A stretch of 62,283 nucleotides of DNA, the filler included, from Nemertoderma westbladi (lineage: Eukaryota; Animalia; Xenacoelomorpha), in NCBI GenBank assembly GCA_032718475.1. It is 4 parts of 4 records of this genome, joined end to end, with 100 filler letters (N's around TTAATTAATTAA, not from the genome) between each part and the next. Parts side by side here need not be neighbours in the genome. Positions count along the whole stretch, not along the records: positions 32,482 to 53,720 come from JAUCBJ010000512.1; 3 more parts are not named here. One strand, 5' to 3'. The notes under the pieces were generated by a model, which worked only from the letters and a program-made list of their open reading frames with translations, ran no database searches and was not told where the DNA came from. The position numbers and the translations under genes are program-made. Within the stretch, counting starts at the first letter, position 1. Every line of letters starts with the position of its first letter. Below are positions 35,535 to 50,000 of the stretch, piece by piece.

Positions 35535-36925
35535 CCCGTGTGAAGAATACCAGGTTTTCACTTTTCGCTTTCGGTCGACTTTTTATTGGAATTTTATATA
35601 TGAAGATTTTTTATTTTTTTTAATTTATCTTTATTAAGTGTTTTATAGAGCTTATTTCTTCCTTATAACCTGTACATATACTAATTCGTTTATTGTTTTG
35701 GTTAGATTCAGCCCTTCTGTAACCTGGGTTTTTGGTGAAAACCTGGTATTCTTCACATGGGGGTAACTGCAAAGTGAAATATAACTGAGGAAAGTCTGGT
35801 ATTCTTCACATGGGGGTAAATGCAAAGTGAAATATAATGGCAGAAAGTCTGTATTCTTCACTTGGGGGTAACTGCAAAGCGAAATATAACTGCAGAAAGT
35901 CTGGTATTCTTCACATAGGGGTAACTGCAAGGTGAAATATAACTGCAGAAAGTCTGGTATTCTTCACTTGGGGGTAACTGCAAAGTGAAATATAACGGCA
36001 GAAAGTCTGGCATTCTTCACATGGGGGTAACTGCAAAGTAAATATAACTGCAGAAAGTCTGGTATTCTTCACTTGGGGGTAACTGCAAAGTGAAATATAA
36101 CTGCAGAAAGTCTGGTATTCTTCACTTGGGGGTAACTGCAAAGTGAAATATAACGGCAGAAAATCTGGTATTCTTCACATGGGGGTAACTGCAAAGTGAA
36201 ATATAATGGCAGAAAGTCTGGTATTCTTCACATGGGGGTAACTGCAAAGTGAAATATAACTGCAGAAAGTCTGGTATTCTTCACTTGGGGGTAACTGCAA
36301 AGTGAAATATAACGGCAGAAAATCTGGTATTCTTCACATTGGGGTAACTGCAAAGTGAAATATAATGGCAGAAAGTCTGGTATTCTTCACATGGGGGTAA
36401 CTGCAAAGTGAAATATAACTGCAGAAAGTCTGGTATTCTTCACTTGGGGGTAACTGTAAAGTAAAATATAACTGCAGAAAGTCTGGTATTCTTCACATGC
36501 AGGTAACTGCAAAGTGAAATATAACGGCAGAAAGTCTGGTATTCTTCACATGGGGGTAACTGCAAAGTGAAATATAACTGCAGAAAGTCTGGTATTCTTC
36601 ACTTGGGGGTAACTGCAAAGTGAAATATAACGGCAGAAAATCTGGTATTCTTCACATGGGGGTAACTGCAAAGTAAAATATAACTGCAGAAAGTCTGGTA
36701 TTCTTCACTTGGGGGTAACTGTAAAGTAAAATATAACTGCAGAAAGTCTGGTATTCTTCACATGCAGGTAACTGCAAAGTGAAATATAACGGCAGAAAGT
36801 CTGGTATTCTTCACATGGGGGTAACTGCAAAGTGAAATATAACTGCAGAAAGTCTGGTATTCTTCACTTGGGGGTAACTGCAAAGTGAAATATAACTGCA
36901 GAAAGTCTGGTATTCTTCACATGGG
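35535..36925. mobile_element. Non-autonomous DNA transposon (EnSpm/CACTA-like CCC...GGG ends) containing a 53-bp tandem array
   Basis: Left CCCGTGTGAAGAATACCAG is the inverted match of the final CTGGTATTCTTCACATGGG; TSD unclear. Confidence 0.6.
35742..36925. repeat. 53-bp minisatellite, ~22 copies
   Basis: CTGGTATTCTTCACATGGGGGTAACTGCAAAGTGAAATATAACTGCAGAAAGT. Confidence 0.95.
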
Positions 36926-37014
36926 CCAAATAGGTTATCGTAACCAATAAAATAGAGGTACATGCAGCATGCAGTAATTTATAGAGAGTAATTTATTATT
37001 AGTTTACATCGCAT

Positions 37015-38178
37015 TACGGTGGCTGAATGTGGCCAATTTAATTAATTTTAAAAATGGGAAATATAAAAAGAAATTAATGAAATATAATTCCTTAAAACAG
37101 AAATTAATCAAATATAATTCAGCCAGAAACAGAAATTAATCAAATATAATTCAACCCAAAACAGGAATTAATCAAATATAATTCAACCCAAAACAGGAAT
37201 TAATCAAATATAATTCAACCCAAAACAGGAATTAATCAAATATAATTCAACCCAAAACAGGAATTAATCAAATATAATTCAAACATTTTGGAGGGAAATT
37301 TAAAATACTGTCTCAGTGCAGTGCAGCAAATTGTCGTTTCCTTTTCAGTCTATCAGTGCAGTACTGCAGTAACGGTTGCCCGTAGCTCTGTAAGCTTAGT
37401 TCTGTGGTTAGTTGTTAATCTTTTGATCACTACAGCACTACTGACTACCGATCTACGTAATGATATGGTAGTACGTAATGATGGTAGTACAAAATGTCAT
37501 GGGTGATAGGGAGTTGTGGCGGCGCAATTTTGTCGACAAGCCGGCACAGCATTCTTAAAAATGCAGCTGCAATGCAGCATGCAGATACTAGTAGTACACC
37601 TGCAGTACAGTTCTATATACAACTACTGAACTAACTAATCCTACGGAATTACCGGTCTTTCTGAAGATTGGTAAGGTAAAGCTGCCGGATTGCCCCGTAG
37701 TCAGGTCGTATCGGTCTATTGGTAGTCAGTAGTGATTAAAAGATTAACAACTAACCACAGAACTAAGCTTACAGAGGTACGGGTAACCGTTACTGCAGTA
37801 CTGCACTGATAGACTGAAAAGGAAACGACAATTTTCTGCACTGCACTGAGACAGTATTTTAAATTTCCCTCCAAAATGTTTGAATTATATTTGATTAATT
37901 CCTGTTTTGGGTTGAATTATATTTGATTAAATTCTGTTTGTGGTTGAATTATATTTGATTAATTCCTGTTTTGGGTTGAATTATATTTGATTAATTTTTG
38001 TTTCTGGTTGAATTATATTTGATTAATTTCTGTTTCTGGTTGAATTATATTTGATTAATTTCTGTTTCTGGTTGAATTATATTTGATTAATTTATGTTTT
38101 AAGGAATTATATTTCATTAATTTCCTTTTATATTTCCCATTTTAAAATTAATTAAATTGGCCACATTCAGCCACCGTA
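37015..38178. mobile_element. Foldback MITE with ~435-bp TIRs and 6-bp TSD (IS3EU-like TAC...GTA termini)
   Basis: TACGGTGGCTGAATGTGGCC ... GGCCACATTCAGCCACCGTA; TSD TCGCAT at 37009-37014 and 38179-38184; 31-bp tandem repeats within each TIR. Confidence 0.85.
37492..37590 (+). mobile_element. ~100-bp 3' end of RTE family B inserted in the MITE spacer
   Basis: Matches 59465-59570; TSD GTAGTACA at 37484-37491 and 37591-37598. Confidence 0.85.
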
Positions 38179-40354
38179 TCGCATGGAGATTGTAAATGGT
38201 TTATTTCCAAACCCCATACGGTCTCAGCAGTAGTTCCTAATACTGCTCGTCTCTGATTGGTCCGTGCTTCGGGTTGAATTACATTGCCAGTGTCGAGATT
38301 GTATGGGATTTGTAAATAATGCTTACAGGACAGGGGTGAAGGAATTTATACATTTTTTATTAATGATTGAATCATAGTATCATTCAAACTATGAATACAA
38401 ATTATGTTGTAAATAATGATGAAATGTCTAATTATTTTGTTTAACCGAAAAACATAACAATATAACATTTTCATCATGTTTTTCAGCAATGTAATGCGTT
38501 TTTCAGCCGATCTTACGGAAAAAAACTATATCAGTAAATATTTATATCGGAAATATTTCCCTTTGATTATGCCGATGTAGTATTGATATTGAAATATTAA
38601 TTATTTTGATAAGTATCAGAGTATACTTTCCTTTAACTAGTGACGGGCCTAGCGGCCCGATAAACAACAGACTTTTTATTTTAAATAAAAGAGATAACGA
38701 GAAACAGTATAGAATAATTATTTAAAAATACAATCATATTTCATACAATAATTATTAATAAATTCGATCTATTATTTTTTTTTTCAAAAGTGCGCCCCCA
38801 GTCGGGGCAATCCAAATTTATTAATAAACATCTTTATGTTTCTCAGTTAACACTATAATTAATATGCACTATAACTAATATTAATAATTAATATAAAAAT
38901 CGAAAACTCTATCGAATTCCATAAAATACTGCAACTTTTTTGAAATTTGTAAAGTTGTAGAACTAGAAAAAATTAATTTTTGAACGGCGCTGTTTGGGGT
39001 TTCGAAACATGGATAGGCTGAAAGAGGACATCGAATTAAGTTGAAAAATAAAAACCCCATCGAATTTGGACAAAGCGTTCCGGAGTTATAGCGGATCGAA
39101 AAAAAATTACCCCCCCCCCCCAGTCGCCAAAAATTTAGGGTAATTTAAAATTTTGAAAAATTAACTTTTTGCGTTATTTTTGATGGCGAATCGATTGGCC
39201 GTACTGGCTACGAAATTTTTTTTTTTAATTTTTGGTCAGAAAAAAAAACATGGAAAAAGTATATTTTTAAAAAGATTTGTTGTCTTTGCCTATATGGTCA
39301 GAGAGTGATCCCACTCTGTAACTTGGCAATCGCTCAAATCCATTCAGCTGAATGGCACAGTAGAGTAAACTAAAGTAAATTCCCTATACAATGTTCTGAA
39401 GGGGAGACTGACAGAGAGTAATCCAACAATAAAACATTTTGCAATCAACAGTGAGTAACCTGCCTGATATAGATAATAAGCGCGGTGATTTTTACATTTC
39501 AAACTATAATGTGAGCCTATGGAGAATCATGAAGTTGATTAAACATACAGTCTCTATAGTATTAATAGATGAGAGTACAGTGCAATAGTACTCTGTAACT
39601 AACAGCCATTCAGCTTGCACTAAATGTCAATCACCTATAAAACATTTTGAAGGCTACAGTGTGTAACCTGATAAAGATAATAAGCAGTGATTTAAGCTAG
39701 GAACAATGTAATTTATTTGCCAAACCAGATGGTGTAATTGTTCTATGCCTTACAGACGAGGTTTATTTGTCTTGTACAAACAATGCGAGCTACTCTCACT
39801 CGAGTTGAGTTGAGTTGTAATTAGTTGGGCCTTCCTCTATTGAATAGCATTACAAGGCCATCTCTATAAAAAAAAATTTCATATGTTGTAAATTATGACG
39901 AAATTCCGTTTTCCTAATTTCACTAGTATGTAGGTATTTTTATATCCCACGCCACTGATGTCGCCTTTTATCACTAATACTATCTTTATTTTATTTTATT
40001 AAGCAACTTAAGAAAATGTAAATTTATATGAGTTAAAATTGTGTAGATTTGTATTGGGTGTATGTAAATTTTACAATCCGTAGGATTAATAAAGATTACA
40101 TTAATTAATTCATTATGACGAAATCTCTGAATATTGTGTTTAACCGAAAAACACAATAACATAAACTTTTCATAAGGTTTTACTGCTATGAAATTAGTTA
40201 TTCAGAGAATCTTACTTCAAAAACACATATCTGTCTGTATTAATACCAAATCAAAGTTCATGTGTAATATGTTACAAATCTGTTTTTTTAGGAGTATCAT
40301 AGAATACTTCCCATTAATAATACATTGAGGGGGGTAGATTTAATGTAAATCAAT

Positions 40355-40615
40355 ACTGTGGAGGCATTACCAGCAATGTCACTCGGTGTTAAGTTGACAA
40401 ATCTCCGATTTAAAACAGGCGTAGTATCCAAAATCGATGAGTCCCGCACCAATAATGTAATGTGTCAGTTAATGAATGGTAAAGGGCAATTTGAATATGT
40501 CTTCCCGCCCTGTAAGCCTCTAGACATGCCGCGGTCAATGACCTGATGCGCCGTGCATTATCTCGTGGTGGAGTAACAGCAGTATTGGAACCACAAGGCC
40601 CGTGTAGGTCAGATG
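40355..40615 (+). pseudogene. CRE-clade (restriction-like endonuclease) LINE C-terminal fragment
   Basis: 'ALPAMSLGVKLTNLRFKTGV' and, in another frame, 'SRHAAVNDLMRRALSRGGVTAVLEPQGPCRSD'. Confidence 0.6.
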
Positions 40616-41062
40616 TCAAGTGATAAAGGTGTATATATGGTCAACACTTCGAAATAGTCAACACTTCGAAAAACCATGTCAACTTTTCGAAATAATGATT
40701 TGAAGAGCACCTTTTTATTGCAAATTTTTACCCCATGTTAACACTTCGAAAGGCCATGTCAACACCTCGAAAGACTATGTCAACACTTCGAAAGACCATG
40801 TCAACACTTCGAAAAGTAAATAGAATGTAATTGAATGTAAATAGAAATAGAGTATATTTTAAAATACAGATACAATAATAACTATATATGGTTAAGGTTG
40901 GGTTATAGAATGTATACGACCGGTAGTAAGAACATAAGAACAATTACTAATTATGTAAGTTTTTTTTAGTAATAAGGAATATTATTGCGAATCATTTCAG
41001 TTAATAGAATAAAATTAAAAATCTACCAACACAGGTATGTAGTACAGTACACCGTAGACAGT

Positions 41063-44000
41063 AGTGTAGTGGTAAGTCACTGCTGATGAAATCAACGCCC
41101 AAACATTGGGAATCCCATCCCAGTGTAGTGGTAAGTCACTGCTGATGAAATCAGCTCCCAAACATTGGGAATCCCATCCCAGTGCAGTGGTAAGTCACTG
41201 CTGATGAAATCAACGCCCAAACATTGGGAATCCCATCCCAGTGCAGTGGTAAGTCACTGCTGATGAAATCAACGCCCAAACATTGGGAATCCCATCCCAA
41301 TGCAGTGGTAAGTCAGTACTGATGAAATCACCGCCCAAACATTGGGAATCCCATCCCAGTGCAGTGGTAAGTCACTGCTGATGAAATCAGCTCCCAAACA
41401 TTGGGAATCCCATCCCAGTGCAGTGGTAAGTCACTGCTGATGAAATCAACGCCCAAACATTGGGAATCCCATCCCAGTGCAGTGGTAAGTCACTGCTGAT
41501 GAAATCAACGCCCAAACATTGGGAATCCCATCCCAATGCAGTGGTAAGTCAGTACTGATGAAATCAGCGCCCAAACATTGGGAATCCCATCCCAGTGCAG
41601 TGGTAAGTCACTGCTGATGAAATCAGCGCCCAAACATTGGGAATCCCATCCCAGTGCAGTGGTAAGTCACTGCTGATAAAATCAGCGCCCAAACATTGGG
41701 AATCCCATCCCAGTGCAGTGGTAAGTCAGTACTGATGAAATCAGCGCCCAAACATTGGGGATCCCATCCCAGTGCAGTGGTAAGTCACTGCTGATGAAAT
41801 CAGCGCCCAAACATTGGGAATCCCATCCCAGTGCAGTGGCAAGTCAGTACTGATGAAATCAGCGCCCAAACATTGGGGATCCCATCCCAGTGCAGTGGTA
41901 AGTCACTGATGATGAAATCAGCGCCCAAACATTGGGAATCCCATCCCAGTGCAGTGGTAAGTCACTGCTGATGAAATCAACGCCCAAACATTGGGAATCC
42001 CATCCCAGTGCAGTGGTAAGTCACTGCTGATGAAATCAGCGCCCAAACATTGGGAATCCCATCCCAGTGCAGTGGTAAGTCACTGCTGATGAAATCAGCG
42101 CCCAAACATTGGGAATCCCATCCCAGTGCAGTGGTAAGTCACTGCTGATGAAATCAGCTCCCAAACATTGGGAATCCCATCCCAGTGCAGTGGTAAGTCA
42201 CTGCTGATGAAATCAGCGCCCAAACATTGGGAATCCCATCCCAGTGCAGTGGTAAGTCACTGCTGATGAAATCAGCGCCCAAACATTGGGAATCCCATCC
42301 CAGTGCAGTGGTAAGTCACTGCTGATGAAATCAACGCCCAAACATTGGGAATCCCATCCCAGTGCAGTGGTAAGTCACTGCTGATGAAATCAGCGCCCAA
42401 ACATTGGGAATCCCATCCCAGTGCAGTGGTAAGTCACTGCTGATGAAATCAGCGCCCAAACATTGGGAATCCCATCCCAGTGCAGTGGTAAGTCACTGCT
42501 GATGAAATCAGCTCCCAAACATTGGGAATCCCATCCCAGTGCAGTGGTAAGTCACTGCTGATGAAATCAGGGCCCAAACATTGGGAATCCCATCCCAGTG
42601 CAGTGGTAAGTCACTGCTGATGAAATCAACGCCCAAACATTGGGAATCCCATCCCAGTGCAGTGGTAAGTCACTGCTGATGAAATCAACGCCCAAACATT
42701 GGGAATCCCATCCCAGTGCAGTGGTAAGTCACTGCTGATGAAATCAACGCCCAAACATTGGGAATCCCATCCCAGTGCAGTGGTAAGTCACTGCTGATGA
42801 AATCAACGCCCAAACATTGGGAATCCCATCCCAGTGCAGTGGTAAGTCACTGCTGATGAAATCAACGCCCAAACATTGGGAATCCCATCCCAGTGCAGTG
42901 GTAAGTCACTGCTGATGAAATCAACGCCCAAACATTGGGAATCCCATCCCAGTGCAGTGGTAAGTCACTGCTGATGAAATCAACGCCCAAACATTGGGAA
43001 TCCCATCCCAGTGCAGTGGTAAGTCACTGCTGATGAAATCAACGCCCAAACATTGGGAATCTCATCCCAGTGCAGTGGTAAGTCACTGCTGATGAAATCA
43101 GCGCCCAAACATTTGGAATCCCATCCCAGTGCAGTGGTAAGTCACTGCTGATGAAATCAACGCCCAAACATTGGGAATCCCATCCCAGTGCAGTGGTAAG
43201 TCACTGCTGATGAAATCAGCGCCCAAACATTGGGAATCCCATCCCAGTGCAGTGGTAAGTCACTGCTGATGAAATCAACGCCCAAACATTGGGAATCCCA
43301 TCCCAGTGCAGTGGTAAGTCACTGCTGATGAAATCAACGCCCAAACATTGGGAATCCCATCCCAGTGCAGTGGTAAGTCACTGCTGATGAAATCAACGCC
43401 CAAACATTGGGAATCCCCTCCCAGTGTAGTGGTAAGTCACTGCTGATGAAATCAGCGCCCAAACATTGGGAATCCCATCCCAGTGCAGTGGTAAGTCACT
43501 GCTGATGAAATCAACGCCCAAACATTGGGAATCCCATCCCAGTGCAGTGGTAAGTCACTGCTGATGAAATCAGCGCCCAAACATTTGGAATCCCATCCCA
43601 GTGCAGTGGTAAGTCACTGCTGATGAAATCAGCGCCCAAACATTTGGAATCCCATCCCAGTGCAGTGGTAAGTCACTGCTGATGAAATCAGCGCCCAAAC
43701 ATTTGGAATCCCATCCCAGTGCAGTGGTAAGTCACTGCTGATGAAATCAGCGCCCAAACATTGGGAATCCCATCCCAGTGCAGTGGTAAGTCACTGCTGA
43801 TGAAATCAGCGCCCAAACATTGGGAATCCCATCCCAGTGCAGTGGTAAGTCACTGCTGATGAAATCAGCGCCCAAACATTGGGAATCCCATCCCAGTGCA
43901 GTGGTAAGTCACTGCTGATGAAATCAACGCCCAAACATTGGGAATCCCATCCCAGTGCAGTGGTAAGTCACTGCTGATGAAATCAACGCCCAAACATTGG

Positions 44001-47000
44001 GAATCCCATCCCAGTGTAGTGGTAAGTCACTGCTGATGAAATCAGCGCCCAAACATTGGGAATCCCATCCCAGTGCAGTGGTAAGTCACTGCTGATGAAA
44101 TCAACGCCCAAACATTGGGAATCCCATCCCAGTGCAGTGGTAAGTCACTGCTGATGAAATCAGCGCCCAAACATTTGGAATCCCATCCCAGTGCAGTGGT
44201 AAGTCACTGCTGATGAAATCAGCGCCCAAACATTTGGAATCCCATCCCAGTGCAGTGGTAAGTCACTGCTGATGAAATCAGCGCCCAAACATTGGGAATC
44301 CCATCCCAGTGCAGTGGTAAGTCACTGCTGATGAAATCAGCGCCCAAACGTTGGGAATCCCATCCCAGTGCAGTGGTAAGTCACTGCTGATGAAATCAGC
44401 GCCCAAACATTTGGAATCCCATCCCAGTGCAGTGGTAAGTCACTGCTGATGAAATCAACGCCCAAACATTGGGAATCCCATCCCAGTGCAGTGGTAAGTC
44501 ACTGCTGATGAAATCAGCGCCCAAACATTTGGAATCCCATCCCAGTGCAGTGGTAAGTCACTGCTAATGAAATCAGCGCCCAAACATTGGGAATCCCATC
44601 CCAGTGCAGTGGTAAGTCACTGCTGATGAAATCAGCTCCCAAACATTTGGAATCCCATCCCAGTGCAGTGGTAAGTCACTGCTAATGAAATCAACGCCCA
44701 AACATTGGGAATCCCATCCCAGTGCAGTGGTAAGTCACTGCTAATGAAATCAGCGCCCAAACATTTGGAATCCCATCCCAGTGCAGTGGTAAGTCACTGC
44801 TGATGAAATCAGCGCCCAAACATTTGGAATCCCATCCCAGTGCAGTGGTAAGTCACTGCTGATGAAATCAGGGCCCAAACATTGGGAATCCCATCCCAGT
44901 GCAGTGGTAAGTCACTGCTGATGAAATCAGCGCCCAAACATTTGGAATCCCATCCCAGTGCAGTGGTAAGTCACTGCTGATGAAATCAGCGCCCAAACAT
45001 TTGGAATCCCATCCCAGTGTAGTGGTAAGTCACTGCTGATGAAATCAGCGCCCAAACATTGGGAATCCCATCCCAGTGCAGTGGTAAGTCACTGCTGATG
45101 AAATCAGCGCCCAAACATTTGGAATCCCATCCCAGTGCAGTGGTAAGTAAGTCACTGCTGATGAAATCAGCGCCCAAACATTGGGAATCCCATCCCAGTG
45201 CAGTGGTAAGTCACTGCTGATGAAATCAGCGCCCAAACATTGGGAATCCCATCCCAGTGCAGTGGTAAGTCACTGCTGATGAAATCAGCGCCCAAACATT
45301 GGGAATCCCATCCCAGTGCAGTGGTAAGTCACTGCTGATGAAATCAGCTCCCAAACATTGGGAATCCCATCCCAGTGCAGTGGTAAGTCACTGCTGATGA
45401 AATCAGGGCCCAAACATTGGGAATCCCATCCCAGTGCAGTGGTAAGTCACTGCTGATGAAATCAACGCCCAAACATTGGGAATCCCATCCCAGTGCAGTG
45501 GTAAGTCACTGCTGATGAAATCAACGCCCAAACATTGGGAATCCCATCCCAGTGCAGTGGTAAGTCACTGCTGATGAAATCAACGCCCAAACATTGGGAA
45601 TCCCATCCCAGTGCAGTGGTAAGTCACTGCTGATGAAATCAACGCCCAAACATTGGGAATCCCATCCCAGTGCAGTGGTAAGTCACTGCTGATGAAATCA
45701 ACGCCCAAACATTGGGAATCCCATCCCAGTGCAGTGGTAAGTCACTGCTGATGAAATCAACGCCCAAACATTGGGAATCCCATCCCAGTGCAGTGGTAAG
45801 TCACTGCTGATGAAATCAACGCCCAAACATTGGGAATCCCATCCCAGTGCAGTGGTAAGTCACTGCTGATGAAATCAACGCCCAAACATTGGGAATCCCA
45901 TCCCAGTGCAGTGGTAAGTCACTGCTGATGAAATCAGCGCCCAAACATTTGGAATCCCATCCCAGTGCAGTGGTAAGTCACTGCTGATGAAATCAACGCC
46001 CAAACATTGGGAATCCCATCCCAGTGCAGTGGTAAGTCACTGCTGATGAAATCAGCGCCCAAACATTGGGAATCCCATCCCAGTGCAGTGGTAAGTCACT
46101 GCTGATGAAATCAACGCCCAAACATTGGGAATCCCATCCCAGTGCAGTGGTAAGTCACTGCTGATGAAATCAACGCCCAAACATTGGGAATCCCATCCCA
46201 GTGCAGTGGTAAGTCACTGCTGATGAAATCAACGCCCAAACATTGGGAATCCCATCCCAGTGTAGTGGTAAGTCACTGCTGATGAAATCAGCGCCCAAAC
46301 ATTTGGAATCCCATCCCAGTGCAGTGGTAAGTCACTGCTAATGAAATCAGCGCCCAAACATTGGGAATCCCATCCCAGTGCAGTGGTAAGTCACTGCTGA
46401 TGAAATCAGCGCCCAAACATTTGGAATCCCATCCCAGTGCAGTGGTAAGTCACTGCTGATGAAATCAACGCCCAAACATTGGGAATCCCATCCCAGTGCA
46501 GTGGTAAGTCACTGCTAATGAAATCAGCGCCCAAACATTTGGAATCCCATCCCAGTGCAGTGGTAAGTCACTGCTGATGAAATCAGCGCCCAAACATTTG
46601 GAATCCCATCACAGTGCAGTGGTAAGTCACTGCTGATGAAATCAGGGCCCAAACATTGGGAATCCCATCCCAGTGCAGTGGTAAGTCACTGCTGATGAAA
46701 TCAGCGCCCAAACATTTGGAATCCCATCCCAGTGCAGTGGTAAGTCACTGCTGATGAAATCAGCGCCCAAACATTTGGAATCCCATCCCAGTGTAGTGGT
46801 AAGTCACTGCTGATGAAATCAGCGCCCAAACATTGGGAATCCCATCCCAGTGCAGTGGTAAGTCACTGCTGATGAAATCAGCGCCCAAACATTTGGAATC
46901 CCATCCCAGTGCAGTGGTAAGTAAGTCACTGCTGATGAAATCAGCGCCCAAACATTGGGAATCCCATCCCAGTGCAGTGGTAAGTCACTGCTGATGAAAT

Positions 47001-50000
47001 CAGCGCCCAAACATTGGGAATCCCATCCCAGTGCAGTGGTAAGTCACTGCTGATGAAATCAGCGCCCAAACATTGGGAATCCCATCCCAGTGCAGTGGTA
47101 AGTCACTGCTGATGAAATCAGCTCCCAAACATTGGGAATCCCATCCCAGTGCAGTGGTAAGTCACTGCTGATGAAATCAGGGCCCAAACATTGGGAATCC
47201 CATCCCAGTGCAGTGGTAAGTCACTGCTGATGAAATCAACGCCCAAACATTGGGAATCCCATCCCAGTGCAGTGGTAAGTCACTGCTGATGAAATCAACG
47301 CCCAAACATTGGGAATCCCATCCCAGTGCAGTGGTAAGTCACTGCTGATGAAATCAACGCCCAAACATTGGGAATCCCATCCCAGTGCAGTGGTAAGTCA
47401 CTGCTGATGAAATCAACGCCCAAACATTGGGAATCCCATCCCAGTGCAGTGGTAAGTCACTGCTGATGAAATCAACGCCCAAACATTGGGAATCCCATCC
47501 CAGTGCAGTGGTAAGTCACTGCTGATGAAATCAACGCCCAAACATTGGGAATCCCATCCCAGTGCAGTGGTAAGTCACTGCTGATGAAATCAACGCCCAA
47601 ACATTGGGAATCCCATCCCAGTGCAGTGGTAAGTCACTGCTGATGAAATCAACGCCCAAACATTGGGAATCCCATCCCAGTGCAGTGGTAAGTCACTGCT
47701 GATGAAATCAGCGCCCAAACATTTGGAATCCCATCCCAGTGCAGTGGTAAGTCACTGCTGATGAAATCAACGCCCAAACATTGGGAATCCCATCCCAGTG
47801 CAGTGGTAAGTCACTGCTGATGAAATCAGCGCCCAAACATTGGGAATCCCATCCCAGTGCAGTGGTACGTCACTGCTGATGAAATCAACGCCCAAACATT
47901 GGGAATCCCATCCCAGTGCAGTGGTAAGTCACTGCTGATGAAATCAACGCCCAAACATTGGGAATCCCATCCCAGTGCAGTGGTAAGTCACTGCTGATGA
48001 AATCAACGCCCAAACATTGGGAATCCCATCCCAGTGCAGTGGTAAGTCACTGCTGATGAAATCAGCGCCCAAACATTGGGAATCCCATCCCAGTGCAGTG
48101 GTAAGTCACTGCTGATGAAATCAACGCCCAAACATTGGGAATCCCATCCCAGTGCAGTGGTAAGTCACTGCTGATGAAATCAGCGCCCAAACATTTGGAA
48201 TCCCATCCCAGTGCAGTGGTAAGTCACTGCTGATGAAATCAGCGCCCAAACATTTGGAATCCCATCCCAGTGCAGTGGTAAGTCACTGCTGATGAAATCA
48301 GCGCCCAAACATTTGGTATCCCATCCCAGTGCAGTGGTAAGTCACTGCTGATGAAATCAGCGCCCAAACATTGGGAATCCCATCCCAGTGCAGTGGTAAG
48401 TCACTGCTGATGAAATCAGCGCCCAAACATTGGGAATCCCATCCCAGTGCAGTGGTAAGTCACTGCTGATGAAATCAGCGCCCAAACATTGGGAATCCCA
48501 TCCCAGTGCAGTGGTAAGTCACTGCTGATGAAATCAACGCCCAAACATTGGGAGTCCCATCCCAGTGCAGTGGTAAGTCACTGCTGATGAAATCAACGCC
48601 CAAACATTGGGAATCCCATCCCAGTGTAGTGGTAAGTCACTGCTGATGAAATCAGCGCCCAAACATTGGGAATCCCATCCCAGTGCAGTGGTAAGTCACT
48701 GCTGATGAAATCAACGCCCAAACATTGGGAATCCCATCCCAGTGCAGTGGTAAGTCACTGCTGATGAAATCAGCGCCCAAACATTTGGAATCCCATCCCA
48801 GTGCAGTGGTAAGTCACTGCTGATGAAATCAGCGCCCAAACATTTGGAATCCCATCCCAGTGCAGTGGTAAGTCACTGCTGATGAAATCAGCGCCCAAAC
48901 ATTGGGAATCCCATCCCAGTGCAGTGGTAAGTCACTGCTGATGAAATCAGCGCCCAAACATTGGGAATCCCATCCCAGTGCAGTGGTAAGTCACTGCTGA
49001 TGAAATCAGCGCCCAAACATTTGGAATCCCATCCCAGTGCAGTGGTAAGTCACTGCTGATGAAATCAACGCCCAAACATTGGGAATCCCATCCCAGTGCA
49101 GTGGTAAGTCACTGCTGATGAAATCAGCGCCCAAACATTTGGAATCCCATCCCAGTGCAGTGGTAAGTCACTGCTGATGAAATCAGCGCCCAAACATTGG
49201 GAATCCCATCCCAGTGCAGTGGTAAGTCACTGCTGATGAAATCAGCGCCCAAACATTTGGAATCCCATCCCAGTGCAGTGGTAAGTCACTGCTGATGAAA
49301 TCAACGCCCAAACATTGGGAATCCCCCAGTGCAGTGGTAAGTCACTGCTGATGAAATCAGCGCCCAAACATTTGGAATCCCATCCCAGTGCAGTGGTAAG
49401 TCACTGCTGATGAAATCAGCGCCCAAACATTTGGAATCCCATCCCAGTGCAGTGGTAAGTCACTGCTGATGAAATCAGCGCCCAAACATTTGGAATCCCA
49501 TCCCAGTGCAGTGGTAAGTCACTGCTGATGAAATCAGCGCCCAAACATTGGGAATCCCATCCCAGTGCAGTGGTAAGTCACTGCTGATGAAATCAGCGCC
49601 CAAACATTTGGAATCCCATCCCAGTGCAGTGGTAAGTAAGTCACTGCTGATGAAATCAGCGCCCAAACATTGGGAATCCCATCCCAGTGCAGTGGTAAGT
49701 CACTGCTGATGAAATCAGCGCCCAAACATTTGGAATCCCATCCCAGTGCAGTGGTAAGTCACTGCTGATGAAATCAGCGCCCAAACATTGGGAATCCCAT
49801 CCCAGTGCAGTGGTAAGTCACTGCTGATGAAATCAGCGCCCAAACATTTGGAATCCCATCCCAGTGCAGTGGTAAGTCACTGCTGATGAAATCAACGCCC
49901 AAACATTGGGAATCCCATCCCAGTGCAGTGGTAAGTCACTGCTGATGAAATCAGCGCCCAAACATTTGGAATCCCATCCCAGTGCAGTGGTAAGTCACTG

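Noticed and set aside
38636-39235. Helentron/DINE-like element starting ACTAGTGACGGGCCTAGCGGCCCG
   Set aside because: Suggestive 5' hairpin only; I could not define the other terminus.
44986-49725. Repeated 63-aa minus-strand ORFs
   Set aside because: By-products of the 4-bp insertion variant in the satellite.
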